NCBI GenBank assembly: GCA_963789265.1
Contig: CAWBKB010000006.1
Coordinates: 192,001 to 256,000 of the forward strand
Length of the DNA stretch: 64,000 nucleotides
Direction of reading: 5' to 3'
Origin: an uncultured delta proteobacterium
Lineage (GTDB): Bacteria; Desulfobacterota; Desulfomonilia; Desulfomonilales; Desulfomonilaceae
Shown here in pieces: positions 10,684-21,630 of the stretch. The position numbers and the translations under genes are program-made. Below the pieces are notes generated by a model that saw nothing but the letters and a program-made list of their open reading frames with translations, had not been told where the DNA came from and searched no databases. The stretch's first letter is position 1, and each line of letters starts with the position of its first letter.

Positions 10684-11320
10684 ATGTTTAACGGAAAACC
10701 ATTGGCTCTTGTACTTGAATTTGAGGACGCTTCCAAAACCTCGGTCTCATTTGAGGCTCTTCCTGTACCAACTTCAGTGCGAACTCCTCAGGCAGCCCTT
10801 TGCCGGCAGGCCGCCTCGCGACTCTGTCGGCGACAAATTCGTCCTCATGGAATGGGCGGATGGATGGAAGGAAGTGGTTAAGGTCGCTGACACTTGCTCT
10901 GATATCGGTCGTTACTATGTTATTAACCGGCCTGAAGAGGTTGGGAGGCTGGCACTGCGCAACGGCGAAGGTTACCCCGAACTGGTTGAGGTCACCAGGA
11001 GACCATCGAACTTATCGAAAATAACCTTTTTGGACACATTCCGGCTGTCCCCCGGCCGTTCACTTAGAGAAGGGAAAAAGACGGATTGCTTTTTCGAGTT
11101 GACCGAAGTGGATAACTCCCTCGATCGAGCGGTGGAAGACCTGAAAAGAATACTGCAGGAGGAAAAAATAGATCCGAAAGATCTCAGGGGGAACGATTGG
11201 GGCGAGTTGCGGCAGCTATATGAACGTATACGGCGCAAAATGGGAATAGTCGTGGCGTACCGACAGCAAGACGTGTACGATTTCATTGCGCATCTCATCA
11301 AAAAGGCTGGTCTGCCTTGA
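10684..11320 (+). CDS. Hypothetical protein (~210 aa)
   Basis: 203-aa ORF 10709-11320 fills the operon gap. ATG 10684 joins it if one T before GTAC(10711) is removed. No family recognised. Confidence 0.6.
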
Positions 11321-11409
11321 CAATGGATGTTACCAATGAAGCCGTTCGGAACCGATATCGAGTGGAGAGACATAAGACGAGCGATAGCTTTCTTTTGCAC
11401 TGCATTGTG

Positions 11410-11549
11410 ACCATTCACTTACGCGTGGCAAAAGATTGTCATTGCGAGCAAAGCGAAGCAATCTTTTCCTTTAAACGCCGCTTAGATTGCTTCGTCGTTT
11501 GACTCCTCGCAATGACAAAGGACAGAATAGTCCTCGCGAAGTGAATGGT
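11410..11549. repeat. MITE-like element family A, short variant
   Basis: Terminal inverted repeats accattcacttacgcg ... cgcgaagtgaatggt around gtcattgcgagc...ctcgcaatgac. Confidence 0.8.
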
Positions 11550-11650
11550 TACCCCTGCTGCACACATTTTTGTGTATCTTTAGAGGAAGAATTCTTAAAA
11601 TGCCCTGACCCGCTTAAGAAAACCAGGGAAACGAGGAGGAGGTGAACGCT

Positions 11651-12781
11651 ATGAGGCTTTTCGAGCCCTACACTATTGGGAAGAAGCTTCAACTCAAAAA
11701 CCGTATCGTTATGCCGCCGGTGGTGACTCGTCTTGCCACGAGTGAAGGACACGTTACTGATAGCCTGATAGGAAGATACCTGCTGTATGGCAAAGGTGGA
11801 GCTGCGCTCGTGATTACGGAAGCCGTTTCCGTGAAGAAGCAGAAGAGCGGGCAACTCCTAAGATTGAATGACGATGAGTTCATCCCGGGGCTCAAGCAAT
11901 TGACCGATCGTGTTCACGCAGAGACCGACGCAAAGATCGCGCCTCAAATTATCCATTTTCTAAAAGTCGCTCGCAGCGGATATCGCCAAAAAGTCGAGGA
12001 TCTGTCAATCGAAGAGGTCAAAGAAATACCGCAACTGTTTGCTCAGGCAGCCTCTCGCGCGCGGCAAGCAGGGTTTGATGCAGTCGAGCTCCATTACGCC
12101 CACGCCTATACAATGGCATCGTTTCTTTCTCGCTACAACCGCAGAAAAGACGATTACGGCGGGTCACTGAAGAAACGTATTCACCTGGCTGAAGAAGTAG
12201 TCGAAACAACTCGCAAGGCAGTCGGAGACGATTTTGTGCTTGGGGCTCGAATCAATGGCGATGAGTTCACTCTTGGAGGAAACACGCTGGAGCAGTCCAG
12301 GAATATTGCGGTTAGGCTAGCTGAGTTGGGCCTCGATTACATAAGCGTTTCTGCAGGCGGGAAGTTTGAAGATGCGATCCACAAAGAAGGCGAGTCACTC
12401 GATCCATATACCGGATACAGCGGACGCCGAACCATGCCGCCTTCGTGGATGCCTGAAAAGGTAAATGTTTATTTGGCAGCCGACGTCAAGAGAACTCTCA
12501 ATGATGTCGGACACGGTACGACGATCATAACGGCCGGCAGGATTCCCACCGCGGAAGTAGCCGAAGGCGTACTCCGGAACAACGAGGCAGATCTGGTGGC
12601 CGTTGCAAGGCCGATTCTCGCGGATCCATACTGGCCGAACAAATACAGAGAAGGAAGAGAAAAGGACATTTTGAAATGCATCTACTGCAATAAATGTCGT
12701 GAGGCAGAGGGGGCTTTCGAAGAGGTTACTTGTTTTCAGTGGAAGAAGAAGGACGGAACAATCCAGATCCCTGCCCCCTAA
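11651..12781 (+). CDS. Old Yellow Enzyme family NADH:flavin oxidoreductase with C-terminal Fe-S motif
   Basis: LKNRIVMPP, AGFDAVELHYAHAY, NRRKDDYGGS, ARPILADP and CIYCNKC...C motifs. Alternative start 11642. Confidence 0.9.
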   Translation: MRLFEPYTIGKKLQLKNRIVMPPVVTRLATSEGHVTDSLIGRYLLYGKGGAALVITEAVSVKKQKSGQLLRLNDDEFIPGLKQLTDRVHAETDAKIAPQIIHFLKVARSGYRQKVEDLSIEEVKEIPQLFAQAASRARQAGFDAVELHYAHAYTMASFLSRYNRRKDDYGGSLKKRIHLAEEVVETTRKAVGDDFVLGARINGDEFTLGGNTLEQSRNIAVRLAELGLDYISVSAGGKFEDAIHKEGESLDPYTGYSGRRTMPPSWMPEKVNVYLAADVKRTLNDVGHGTTIITAGRIPTAEVAEGVLRNNEADLVAVARPILADPYWPNKYREGREKDILKCIYCNKCREAEGAFEEVTCFQWKKKDGTIQIPAP

Positions 12782-12857
12782 ACGGCGGGCGCCACACTCC
12801 TTGGTCGCGAATCTACGCCAATGTTGCTTATGCACGGCACATGGCAGAGGTGACACA

Positions 12858-14514
12858 GTGACGCTAGACGGTTTCATTCCCTACGACAGAAGAGCGGCCC
12901 GGCTCTATGACAAACGGAGATGGTGGCTCGGACTGACTCTCGGGGGCATGTTCGACAAAGTCAGTGACATATATCCCACTCAGGAAGCGCTGGTTGGAGG
13001 CGGCAAGCGATATACTTATGAGGAGCTTCGTGAGTGCGTCGATCGGATGGCATGGAGCCTACTGGAGACCGGTTTGCGGCCCGGCGACCGCGTCCTCCTT
13101 CAGCTTCCGAACTGGCCCGAGTTCGTGATTTCTTACTTTGCTTGCCAGAAAGCCGCGCTGATAATTGTATTGCTCACGGTGAATCATACGGCCAGGGAGA
13201 TATCGCATTTGGCCGACCTTACCCGACCAAGTGCCTGGATAGCCCCTGCCCAGTACCGGGGAACGGATTTTCGCGTCCGGTTTGAAGAAGTTCGGCAGAA
13301 ATACCCGGACCTGAAGGTCATCGCTGTCGGCGAAGAAGTGCTGGTAGGCTGTCTGCGTTATGACGATCTCTTCAACACCGGAGCGGACGTCGGAGAGATA
13401 CGGGCCTCCTTGGAAAGAGTATCTCCCGAGCCTACAGACGTGTGCCAGATTCTGCCTTCAGGCGGCACCACCGGACTTCCGAAAGGGGCTCCCCGGACTC
13501 ACAGCGATTATCTTTGCAATGTGGAGTACAAGTCTCGCGCCTGGCACCTGAACGTTACCGACACGTGCCTGGTGGCTGCGACTGTGGGCCACAACCTTGC
13601 TCTCTTAGTTTGCATCACCGGTCCTATTTTTCACGGCGCCAAAGTTGTCATGCTGGATTCCTCTTATCCACGGGATTTTTGCCAAATTGTGCAGGACGAG
13701 AAAGTCACGTGCACCGGCCTAGTTCCGACACTCATGAGCCGCATTGCGTCATTCGACCGACTTGCAGAGTACTGATCTGAGTTCACTTAACAGGATCTAT
13801 GTCGGCGCTGCTTACAGCTCTCCGGAACTGGTTCGGCAAGTCGAAGAAAAAATAGGTTGCCGATACATTAATGCATTCGGTATGGTCGAAGGTCCGTGCT
13901 CTCAAACTCGTCCGGATGCCCCAATGGAAATGCGGTGCGCAACCATTGGCCGTCCGGTTTGTCCTTACGACGAGTTGGTCACGCTGGACCTGGAAGGTAA
14001 GAGAACCGCTCCGGGTGTCGAGGGCGAACTTGCCGCCAAGGGACCCGGCATTTTCACCGGGTACCTTAACAATCCAAACGCGAACAAAGACGCATTTACT
14101 GCGGATGGGTATTTCAAAACCGGAGATCTCGCCGTCATCGACGAGGCCGGGATCATACGAATTACCGGTCGGATCAAGGACATTATCATCCGGGGAGGGG
14201 AAAACATTGCGGCCCAGGAAGTCGAAGAGCTTATCTCGTCGCATCCCCTTGTACAAACTGTTTCAGTGGTGGGGATGCCGCATGCTGATCTGGGCGAAGA
14301 TCTCTGTGCATACATACAGCCTGTTCCCGGAGCGACCATAACCCAGGCGCAGATCGTTGACCATTTGCAGAAGGTCGGGGCGTCACGGATATTCTTCCCG
14401 GCAAGAACCGAATTCGTGAATCAACTGCCCCTGACTGCAGCGGGCAAGGTGGATAAGAAGGTTCTTCGAGCGGAGATAGCCGAAAAACAAAGAGCCGAAG
14501 CAGAAGCGAAATGA
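12858..14514 (+). CDS. Aryl/acyl-CoA ligase (2,3-dihydroxybenzoate-AMP ligase-like), apparent +1 frameshift at ~13773
   Basis: SGGTTGLPKG, FGMVEG, FKTGDL, GRIKDIIIRGGENI and LPLTAAGKVDK motifs. Removing the T after GTAC(13769) gives EYDLSSLNRI. Confidence 0.9.
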
Positions 14515-14581
14515 GGTCTGTCAATATCAAGCCGGTTTTATCGTATTTCGAAATAGCTGCATGCATACGAGGAGATGGCCT

Positions 14582-15343
14582 ATGAGCATAAAGGGAAAGA
14601 CAGTTGTTGTGACTGGGGGCGCGAAGGGCATTGGCAGAGCCATTGGACTGCGTATGGCACGTGACGGCGCAAACGTCGGAATTCTAGACATTGACCACGC
14701 ACTGGCGGCCAAAACGGCGAAGGAGATCGAAGCGCTCAATGTCCGGGCCATGGCGGTCGAATGCGACGTGACTGACTACGCAAAGGTCAAGGCGGCAGTG
14801 GGGACGATTCAGAGGGAGTTTGGGAGTGTGGACATTCTCATCAATAATGCCGGAATTGACAAATCGCAGTTCTTCGTCGACACCGACGAGGCAGTCTGGG
14901 ACCGCTTCATATCCGTGAATTATAAGAGCTTCCTGAACGCGACCCACGCCTGTCTGCCGTACATGATGGAGCAAAAGGGCGGAGTTATTGTAAGCCTCGG
15001 TTCCGATGCCGGCAGAGTCGGGAATTCGGGTGAAGTTGTTTATTGCGGAACAAAGGCAGCCATCATGGCAAGCTCCAAAGCTCTCGCACGCGAACTGGCG
15101 AGATTCAACATCCGGGTGAATAGCGTCAGCCCCGGCCCTGTACAAACTGATCTTTTGTCCGGTCTGCACGAAGGAGAAAAAGGCCAAAGGATCATGGAGG
15201 CGGTAGCCAAGATGATTCCATTGAAACGACTGGGCCTTCCTGAAGATGTCGCGGATGTTGTGGCGTTTCTTGCCGGCGATGATGCACGCTATATGACCGG
15301 CCAGGTACTTAGCGTAGACGGCGGGCTGACAATGATAGGGTGA
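14582..15343 (+). CDS. SDR oxidoreductase, BadH-like hydroxyacyl-CoA dehydrogenase
   Basis: TGGAKGIG, NNAG, SDAGRVGNSGEVVYCGTK and VDGGLTMIG motifs. Confidence 0.85.
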   Translation: MSIKGKTVVVTGGAKGIGRAIGLRMARDGANVGILDIDHALAAKTAKEIEALNVRAMAVECDVTDYAKVKAAVGTIQREFGSVDILINNAGIDKSQFFVDTDEAVWDRFISVNYKSFLNATHACLPYMMEQKGGVIVSLGSDAGRVGNSGEVVYCGTKAAIMASSKALARELARFNIRVNSVSPGPVQTDLLSGLHEGEKGQRIMEAVAKMIPLKRLGLPEDVADVVAFLAGDDARYMTGQVLSVDGGLTMIG

Positions 15344-15363
15344 AAAAGGAAAGGAGCCGACTG

Positions 15364-16488
15364 ATGGATTTTACGCTTCCCGATCATATTCTTAAAATCA
15401 AACAGGAAACGCGAGACTGGGTTGAGAATGTTTTGAATCCATTGTCAGCGCCATTGGAAGAGGAAGAGAGAATCCCCGAGGAACTCGTGGAGGCACTAAA
15501 GAAAGGCCGCTTCTTCGGGCTTACCATTCCGAAACAGTATGGGGGCCAAGGCTGGAGCGCCGTTGAATGGTTCACTGTTCTCGAAGAAATGGCTAAGGCA
15601 TACGCGACCGTGCGCCTTATAGCTCACTGTATGAACGGACTTTTCTGGAGGCCTTTGCTTTACTTTGGCACCGAGGAACAAAAAAATAAATATTTGACCA
15701 AACTGGCCACCGGGGAAATTTGGGCGGCAAACAGCCTCACAGAGCCTGAGGCGGGCACTGGAAAAGACATCAATTCAAAAGCAGCCACGGATGGGGATTA
15801 TTATGTTCTAAACGGACGCAAATGGCTCATCTCGCTCTTCCCGGGCTACACGAAGCTGATTTACGCCTTTGCTGCCACTGAAGAAGGGATTACGTCATTT
15901 CTCGTTGACATTCCCGCCGAAGGTGTGACCCTCGCACCGATGAAGAAGATGATGGGATGCGTTGGACCGCGGCACTACAACGTAGTCTACAAGGACTGCC
16001 GAGTCCCCGCTTCAAGCATTTTAGGTGAGAAAGGCAAAGGCTTGGACGTTGCATTCGGGATGCTTCATCTCAGCCGAGTGTCCATTGCCTTTTGCTGCAT
16101 AGGTTTGGCCCAAAAGATGCTCGATCTATCGATCGCTTACGCGAAGCAGAGGAGTACGTTCGGTAAACTCCTTGTTCAGCGGCAAGCCATTCAGAATAAT
16201 ATCGCGCAAATGGGAACCGAGATTCAGGCCGCGCGGCTGCTTGCCTACGAAGCCGCGTGGAAGTTCGACCAGGGACAGGACATCATTACTGCCGCTGCCA
16301 TGGCAAAATTGTTTGCCGAACAGGTGGTCATCCGCGTGTCGGAAATGGCGCTGAGAATGCACGGCGGCATCGGATACACGAAAGCCTACCCTCTGGAACG
16401 GCATTTCCGAGATGTCCGGTCTTTTCACTTTGAGGAGGGTACCGAGGAAATTCAGAAACTTCTGATAGCAAGACAGCTACTTCGATGA
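15364..16488 (+). CDS. Acyl-CoA dehydrogenase
   Basis: LTEPEAG, LNGRKWLIS, RSTFGK, HGGIGY and EEGTEEIQ motifs. Confidence 0.93.
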   Translation: MDFTLPDHILKIKQETRDWVENVLNPLSAPLEEEERIPEELVEALKKGRFFGLTIPKQYGGQGWSAVEWFTVLEEMAKAYATVRLIAHCMNGLFWRPLLYFGTEEQKNKYLTKLATGEIWAANSLTEPEAGTGKDINSKAATDGDYYVLNGRKWLISLFPGYTKLIYAFAATEEGITSFLVDIPAEGVTLAPMKKMMGCVGPRHYNVVYKDCRVPASSILGEKGKGLDVAFGMLHLSRVSIAFCCIGLAQKMLDLSIAYAKQRSTFGKLLVQRQAIQNNIAQMGTEIQAARLLAYEAAWKFDQGQDIITAAAMAKLFAEQVVIRVSEMALRMHGGIGYTKAYPLERHFRDVRSFHFEEGTEEIQKLLIARQLLR

Positions 16489-16856
16489 TCGCAAAACGTG
16501 CGCACGCCCGGTCGCATGTAGCTGTGGTGGGTTGCCCGGGCCCGGAGATCGGCAATGTATGCCAAAAGCTCCACGATGAAATCAACGGCCGGGCCCGGAA
16601 TGCCGTATTCCAGCGCTCCGGCATCTTCCTTTGTCATGGAAAGACGCGGAACTCATTTTCTCCCATCTGTCAAGAGGCTGTCGCAAGACCCGCGCTATAT
16701 CGTGCAACTACGACAACGTAACAAGACTGTTCCATTCCGGAATTCTCCAAAGAAGGGGCTTGCAGTGGACGATTACCTTCCGAGAATGTTCCCTACTGAA
16801 CGAAGTTCGGATGATCGCTGAAGAGGACCCAATCAACTAAACGGAAAGGAGATGTC

Positions 16857-18146
16857 ATGAAGCCGAAAGACACTGGACGGAAAGAGGTAGGCAGACGGGA
16901 TTTCATCAAGACGGTGATGGCTGCCGGCGTCACTGTCGCAGGGATGCAGTTGTTACCCCAGACGTCGTTCGCGGCATCCAGGGGGTATATTCTGATCGGC
17001 CATCCAACCCCGGCCACCGGTCCACTTGCTGCCTTCGGAGAAACTTCCACATGGGCTGACAAGCTGGCTGCCAAAGAGATCAACAAGGACGGTGGCATAT
17101 TTATCAAGGACTTGGGCAAGAAGCTACCAATCAAAGTCAAATCCATGGACACGGAGAGCAATCCCACAAAAGCGGCTGAGGTTGCTTCCAAACTGATCCT
17201 GGAGGACAAGGTAGACCTTATGGTGGTCTTGCATACTCCGGACACGGTTAATCCGGTTGGCGCGATCTGCGAAAGGTATCAAGTCCCCTGCATTTCTGCG
17301 GCGGCCCCAATCGAACCCTGGTTGACCGGCGGACCCTACAAATGGACGTTCCACTACTTCTGGGGGTTGGGCGACATTATTACTGTCTTCACCGGCATGT
17401 GGAATGAATTCGCTGACAAGACCAACAAGGTGGTGGGAGGCTTCTGGCCCAATGACCCCGACGGCGCCGTGTGGGCCAAAGAGTTTGGCAAAAAACTCAA
17501 GGCCATGGGATACAAAGTCGTGGATGTGGGAAGATTCCCCTACGGAATGCAGGATTTCAGCAGTTTCATCAGCACCTGGCAAAAGGAAAAAGTTGAAATA
17601 TTGACGGGGGTGCCCATTCCGCCCGACTGGGCGACAGCCTGGCGGCAATGCCACCAGAAACAGTTTATTCCCAAAATTGCGACGATCGGTAAAGCCATTC
17701 TGTTCCCTGCCGCAGTTCAAGCCATTGGTGGAAATCTCGCCGAAGGCCTGTCTTCAGAAATCTGGTGGTCGCCGTGGCATCCTTTCAAGTCATCCTTGAC
17801 CGGAGTTTCCTGCAAAGGGCTTGCGGATCTGTGGACGAAAGAAACTTCCAGACAGTGGACTCAGCCCCTTGGTTTTGATTATGCAGCCTTTGAGATCGCG
17901 GCTGATGTGTTGAAAAGGGCTGCCTCTTTGGACAAAAAGAAGATCCGCGATGCGCTGGTTAAGACCGACCTGGACACGTTGGTGGGCCATATTAAATTCA
18001 ACGAGAAAAATTATGCTCTGACCCCATTGGTGGGCGGTCAATGGGTAAAAGGAAAGAAATGGCCCTGGGATCTCCAGATCGTTTATAATAAGGAGCATAC
18101 CAATATCCCGGTCACGGGAAAGATGTTGTTTCCTATCCCTCGATAA
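16857..18146 (+). CDS. Liv-type ABC substrate-binding protein with Tat signal
   Basis: GRRDFIK twin-arginine leader; periplasmic-binding-protein-6-like sequence; followed by livGFHM-like genes. Confidence 0.9.
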   Translation: MKPKDTGRKEVGRRDFIKTVMAAGVTVAGMQLLPQTSFAASRGYILIGHPTPATGPLAAFGETSTWADKLAAKEINKDGGIFIKDLGKKLPIKVKSMDTESNPTKAAEVASKLILEDKVDLMVVLHTPDTVNPVGAICERYQVPCISAAAPIEPWLTGGPYKWTFHYFWGLGDIITVFTGMWNEFADKTNKVVGGFWPNDPDGAVWAKEFGKKLKAMGYKVVDVGRFPYGMQDFSSFISTWQKEKVEILTGVPIPPDWATAWRQCHQKQFIPKIATIGKAILFPAAVQAIGGNLAEGLSSEIWWSPWHPFKSSLTGVSCKGLADLWTKETSRQWTQPLGFDYAAFEIAADVLKRAASLDKKKIRDALVKTDLDTLVGHIKFNEKNYALTPLVGGQWVKGKKWPWDLQIVYNKEHTNIPVTGKMLFPIPR

Positions 18147-18154
18147 CGAATATC

Positions 18155-18188
18155 TGAGGCTCTTCTTGATTCTTTGGGAAGAGCCTCA
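18155..18188 (+). terminator. Intercistronic stem-loop after the SBP gene
   Basis: tgaggctcttc...gaagagcctca perfect 11-bp stem with no U-tract. Confidence 0.5.
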
Positions 18189-18257
18189 TAGAAACCCGAA
18201 TGGAGTTATCTCTCCGACTCGCTTGGGGCATTCCATACACATAACCGGGACGAACCT

Positions 18258-18983
18258 ATGAGCCGCATTCTGACAGTTAATAGTCTTTATAAATCCTTCG
18301 GAAAAGTGGCAGCGGTAAACGATCTGAGATTCGAGGTGGATCGAGGGGAGATACTGGGCATAATCGGCCCCAATGGAGCGGGCAAGACCACCTTGTTTAA
18401 CCTCATATCCGGCGAGATCAAACCCGACCGGGGGAAAGTTGTATTCGACGGTGAAGATGTAACTAACGCGCACATGTACAAAAGATGCCGACAGGGCATA
18501 GCCCGGACCTATCAGATTCCCCGGCCCTTTCCGAACATGACCGTACTGGAAAACCTGTTGGTGGGCGCTACTTACGGCGCGGGAATGGGCCGCCGACAAT
18601 CCAAAGAGAAATGCGACCACATTCTGGAGAGAACCGGATTGGCCGGCAGAAGGGATGTCCGTGCCGGATCCTTACCGCTCTTGGATCGGAAGAGGCTGGA
18701 GTTGGCCAAGGCCCTGTCAACCGCACCGACTCTACTTTTAGTAGATGAAGTGGCGGGCGGACTCACTGAAGCGGAGGTGGAAGACGTCCTGGAAATCATT
18801 CGTTCAGTTCGGAAGGCTGGGGTTACCATACTCTGGGTGGAGCACATAGTCATGGCTATGCAAAAAGGCCCTGATCGGCTGCTGGTAATGGATTTCGGTC
18901 GAAACCTGTTTTGTGGCAAGCCCGATGAGGCCTTCAATTCGGAGGAAGTCCAGAAGGTCTATATGGGGACTGAGGAAGATTAA
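18258..18983 (+). CDS. Liv-type ABC ATP-binding protein (LivG-like)
   Basis: GPNGAGKTT Walker A, LLLVDE Walker B, WVEH. Confidence 0.93.
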   Translation: MSRILTVNSLYKSFGKVAAVNDLRFEVDRGEILGIIGPNGAGKTTLFNLISGEIKPDRGKVVFDGEDVTNAHMYKRCRQGIARTYQIPRPFPNMTVLENLLVGATYGAGMGRRQSKEKCDHILERTGLAGRRDVRAGSLPLLDRKRLELAKALSTAPTLLLVDEVAGGLTEAEVEDVLEIIRSVRKAGVTILWVEHIVMAMQKGPDRLLVMDFGRNLFCGKPDEAFNSEEVQKVYMGTEED

Positions 18984-19690
18984 TGGCCCTGCTGGAGATA
19001 CGGAATTTGGACGTTTTTCATGGGGAGTCCCGAGCCTTAACGAACATCGAGCTGGATGTCGAAAAAGGCCGGATCGTTTCCATATTGGGCGCTAATAGCG
19101 CCGGCAAGTCAACTCTCCTCATGACCGTCTGCGGACTCTTGAGGGCTAAGGCAGGCACCATCTGCTTCGACGGGAAGAGGATCGACGGTCTCGAGCCCTA
19201 TGAGATAGTCGACCTGGGAGTCGCTCTGGTCCCGGAAGGTCGGAAAGTGTTCTCGAGCCTGACCGTCCAAGAAAACCTGCTTATTGGATCTTACACTCCA
19301 AGGGCACGTAAAAAAAGGGATGAAACCATTGCGAGCGTGTTCGAGCTTTTTCCCATCCTCAAGATGAGGAGGCATCAGCAAGGCCCCAACCTGAGTGGTG
19401 GAGAGCAACAGATGCTGTCTATAGGCAGGGCTCTCATGTCGCGACCGAGTTTTCTCATCTTTGACGAGCTTTCTCTGGGGCTGACTCCGCTGGTGATCAA
19501 GGACCTTTACAAGGCTGTCAAAGAAATCAATCGGCGGGGTGTGACGGTAGTACTTGTGGAACAGGATGTGAAACGCAGCCTAAAGGTAGCAGACTTTGTC
19601 TACATTCTCCAAGAAGGCGCGATGGCACTGAAAGGCAATCCGCGATTCTTGTCCGAGGAGATTGTGAAGAGGGCCTACTTCGGTATTTGA
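18983..19690 (+). CDS. Liv-type ABC ATP-binding protein (LivF-like)
   Basis: GANSAGKST, VPEGRKVF and LSGGEQQM motifs. Confidence 0.93.
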   Translation: MALLEIRNLDVFHGESRALTNIELDVEKGRIVSILGANSAGKSTLLMTVCGLLRAKAGTICFDGKRIDGLEPYEIVDLGVALVPEGRKVFSSLTVQENLLIGSYTPRARKKRDETIASVFELFPILKMRRHQQGPNLSGGEQQMLSIGRALMSRPSFLIFDELSLGLTPLVIKDLYKAVKEINRRGVTVVLVEQDVKRSLKVADFVYILQEGAMALKGNPRFLSEEIVKRAYFGI

Positions 19691-19766
19691 ACTCCGGAGC
19701 CCGGACTTCGGCCACCGGACAAGCCGTTTTTTTTCGCAGCGGCACTGAGAAAAGAGTTAATACACG

Positions 19767-20630
19767 ATGTTGGAGTACCTGGAAGTGATTGTCAACGGCA
19801 TCTTGTTGGGTGGGCTGTATGCAACTGTGGGCATAGGGCTCTCCATGATCTTCGGAATCATGAGGCAGGTCAATCTGGCTCATGGCGAACTGATGATCCT
19901 TTCCGGCTATTTCAGTCTCCTGGTCATGCAGATATTGGGCATTCATCCTCTCTTGACCTTCTTCGCGGTTCTTCCCGCCATGTTTTTCTTCGGCTACGGG
20001 ATACAGGCATTTCTCTTGAACCGGGTTATGCACAGAGGCATGGAACCCTTCCTCATGATCTCATTCGGTCTCTCCATCATCATGCAGAATTCGATGCTGC
20101 TAATCTTTACTCCGGATGCCCGTACATTGGGGAGCAATCTGGCCGTCCAGAGCGTGGATGTGTTTGGTTACTTCCATCTGCCGGTGATTTATCTCGTCAA
20201 TTTCGGTGTGGCTCTCTTGATGCTGGTCTTGCTCCATCAGTTCATGAAAAGGACCTATCTCGGCTGGGCTATCAGCGCCGCGGCTGACGATCTCACCACT
20301 ACCAAACTTATGGGCATTGATCCCCAACGAGTCTACGCGCTGACCATGGGCATAGCGGCTGTCACTGCTGCCGTTTCAGGAATACTTGTCGGCGCGACTT
20401 TCACCTTTTACCCCCATTCCGGTACCCAGTACCTGATCACGGCTTTCGGCGTAGTCATTATCGGCGGCCTGGGAAGTCTACCGGGAACATTCTTGGGCGG
20501 CATGGTCCTCGGCGTCTCGCAGTTGATGGGCGGGCGTATCCTAGGTCCCGGATTTCAGACACTGAGCGGTTACCTCGTTCTGCTTGTTGTGTTGACCATA
20601 AGGCCTCAAGGAATACTTGGAAGGAGGTAA
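19767..20630 (+). CDS. Liv-type ABC permease (LivH-like)
   Basis: VNLAHGE, IIGGLGSLPG and RPQGILG motifs; hydrophobic. Confidence 0.93.
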   Translation: MLEYLEVIVNGILLGGLYATVGIGLSMIFGIMRQVNLAHGELMILSGYFSLLVMQILGIHPLLTFFAVLPAMFFFGYGIQAFLLNRVMHRGMEPFLMISFGLSIIMQNSMLLIFTPDARTLGSNLAVQSVDVFGYFHLPVIYLVNFGVALLMLVLLHQFMKRTYLGWAISAAADDLTTTKLMGIDPQRVYALTMGIAAVTAAVSGILVGATFTFYPHSGTQYLITAFGVVIIGGLGSLPGTFLGGMVLGVSQLMGGRILGPGFQTLSGYLVLLVVLTIRPQGILGRR

Positions 20631-20638
20631 CCTTCTGT

Positions 20639-21578
20639 ATGTCGGCAAACTCGATACGTGTGGCCGTGATGGTTCTTGCTGTGACAGCTCTGCTTACGCT
20701 TCCGGTTCTGGGCCTCTCGCTATGTTGTGAACGTTTGGTTGCTCATCTGTGTTTTCGCGGCCTTGGCATCCATGTGGAATCTGTTGGCCGGCTACTCGGG
20801 AATGGTTTCGCTCGGTCAGCAAATGTTTATCGGCTTGGGTGGATATACCCTGGCGGTATTGTCGCTGTACTATGGGATGCCGCTTTCATTGTCGGTTCTT
20901 CTCGGTGGGCTCATATCCACGATCCTGGCAGTAGTTATATCCATTCCGGTTTTCAGGATGAAAGGGGTATATTTCTCCATAGGGACTTGGGTCATTGCAG
21001 AGGCCTTAGGGATCTTTTTCAGCAACTGGGGTTACGTGAAATACGGAATGGGTTTGTTCATTCAGCCTGCATACAAAGTCTCCATGTCTGCCATTTACTA
21101 TGGCGCGGCCTTGCTGGCCATCGGATCGGTTGCTCTCGTCTACTGGTTGCTTCGTTCAAATTTAGGGATCGCCTTGATGGCCATCCGGGACGACGATGTG
21201 GCATCCCAGGCTATGGGCGTCAATATCTTTCGATGCAAGTTCATTTGCTTTCTCATTAGCGCTTTTGTGACAGGGACCGTAGCCGGAATATTGTATTTGA
21301 ACGCGGTATTCATTCAACCGTTTGACGCTTTCGGAATCGGTTGGACCGTGAAGCTGTTGTTTATAGTAATCATCGGAGGCATTGGAACCGTGGAAGGGCC
21401 GATTGTAGGCGCGGTAATCTTTGTGCTCCTCCAACAATACCTTTCGGAATACGTCGGATACAATCTCATCATCCTCGGTATAATCACCATTACTGCAGTT
21501 CTTTTCGCTCCCAGTGGCGTTGTGGGTGCCGTCCGGGAGAGGTACCGTCTTGAACTATTTCCGATTCGCCGTCAATAG
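20639..21578 (+). CDS. Liv-type ABC permease (LivM-like), apparent +1 frameshift at ~20705
   Basis: WNLLAGYSGMVSLGQ and IIGGIGTVEGP motifs. Removing one G in ccggttc joins ATG 20639 to the 20727 frame (PFWASRYVVNVW). Confidence 0.88.
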
Positions 21579-21630
21579 CCGCCGTCAGAAGTTACGTCTT
21601 TATCAATACACCTCAGAGGAGGGATCGAAA

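Noticed and set aside
13769..13775. In-frame TGA as selenocysteine or read-through in the CoA ligase (also 57606-57608 in the SDR)
   Set aside because: The protein continues in a different frame, so read-through would not restore it; a one-base insertion explains it.
16485..16840. Small ORFs between the ACAD and SBP genes
   Set aside because: Three competing frames, no motif and no clear RBS; treated as intergenic.
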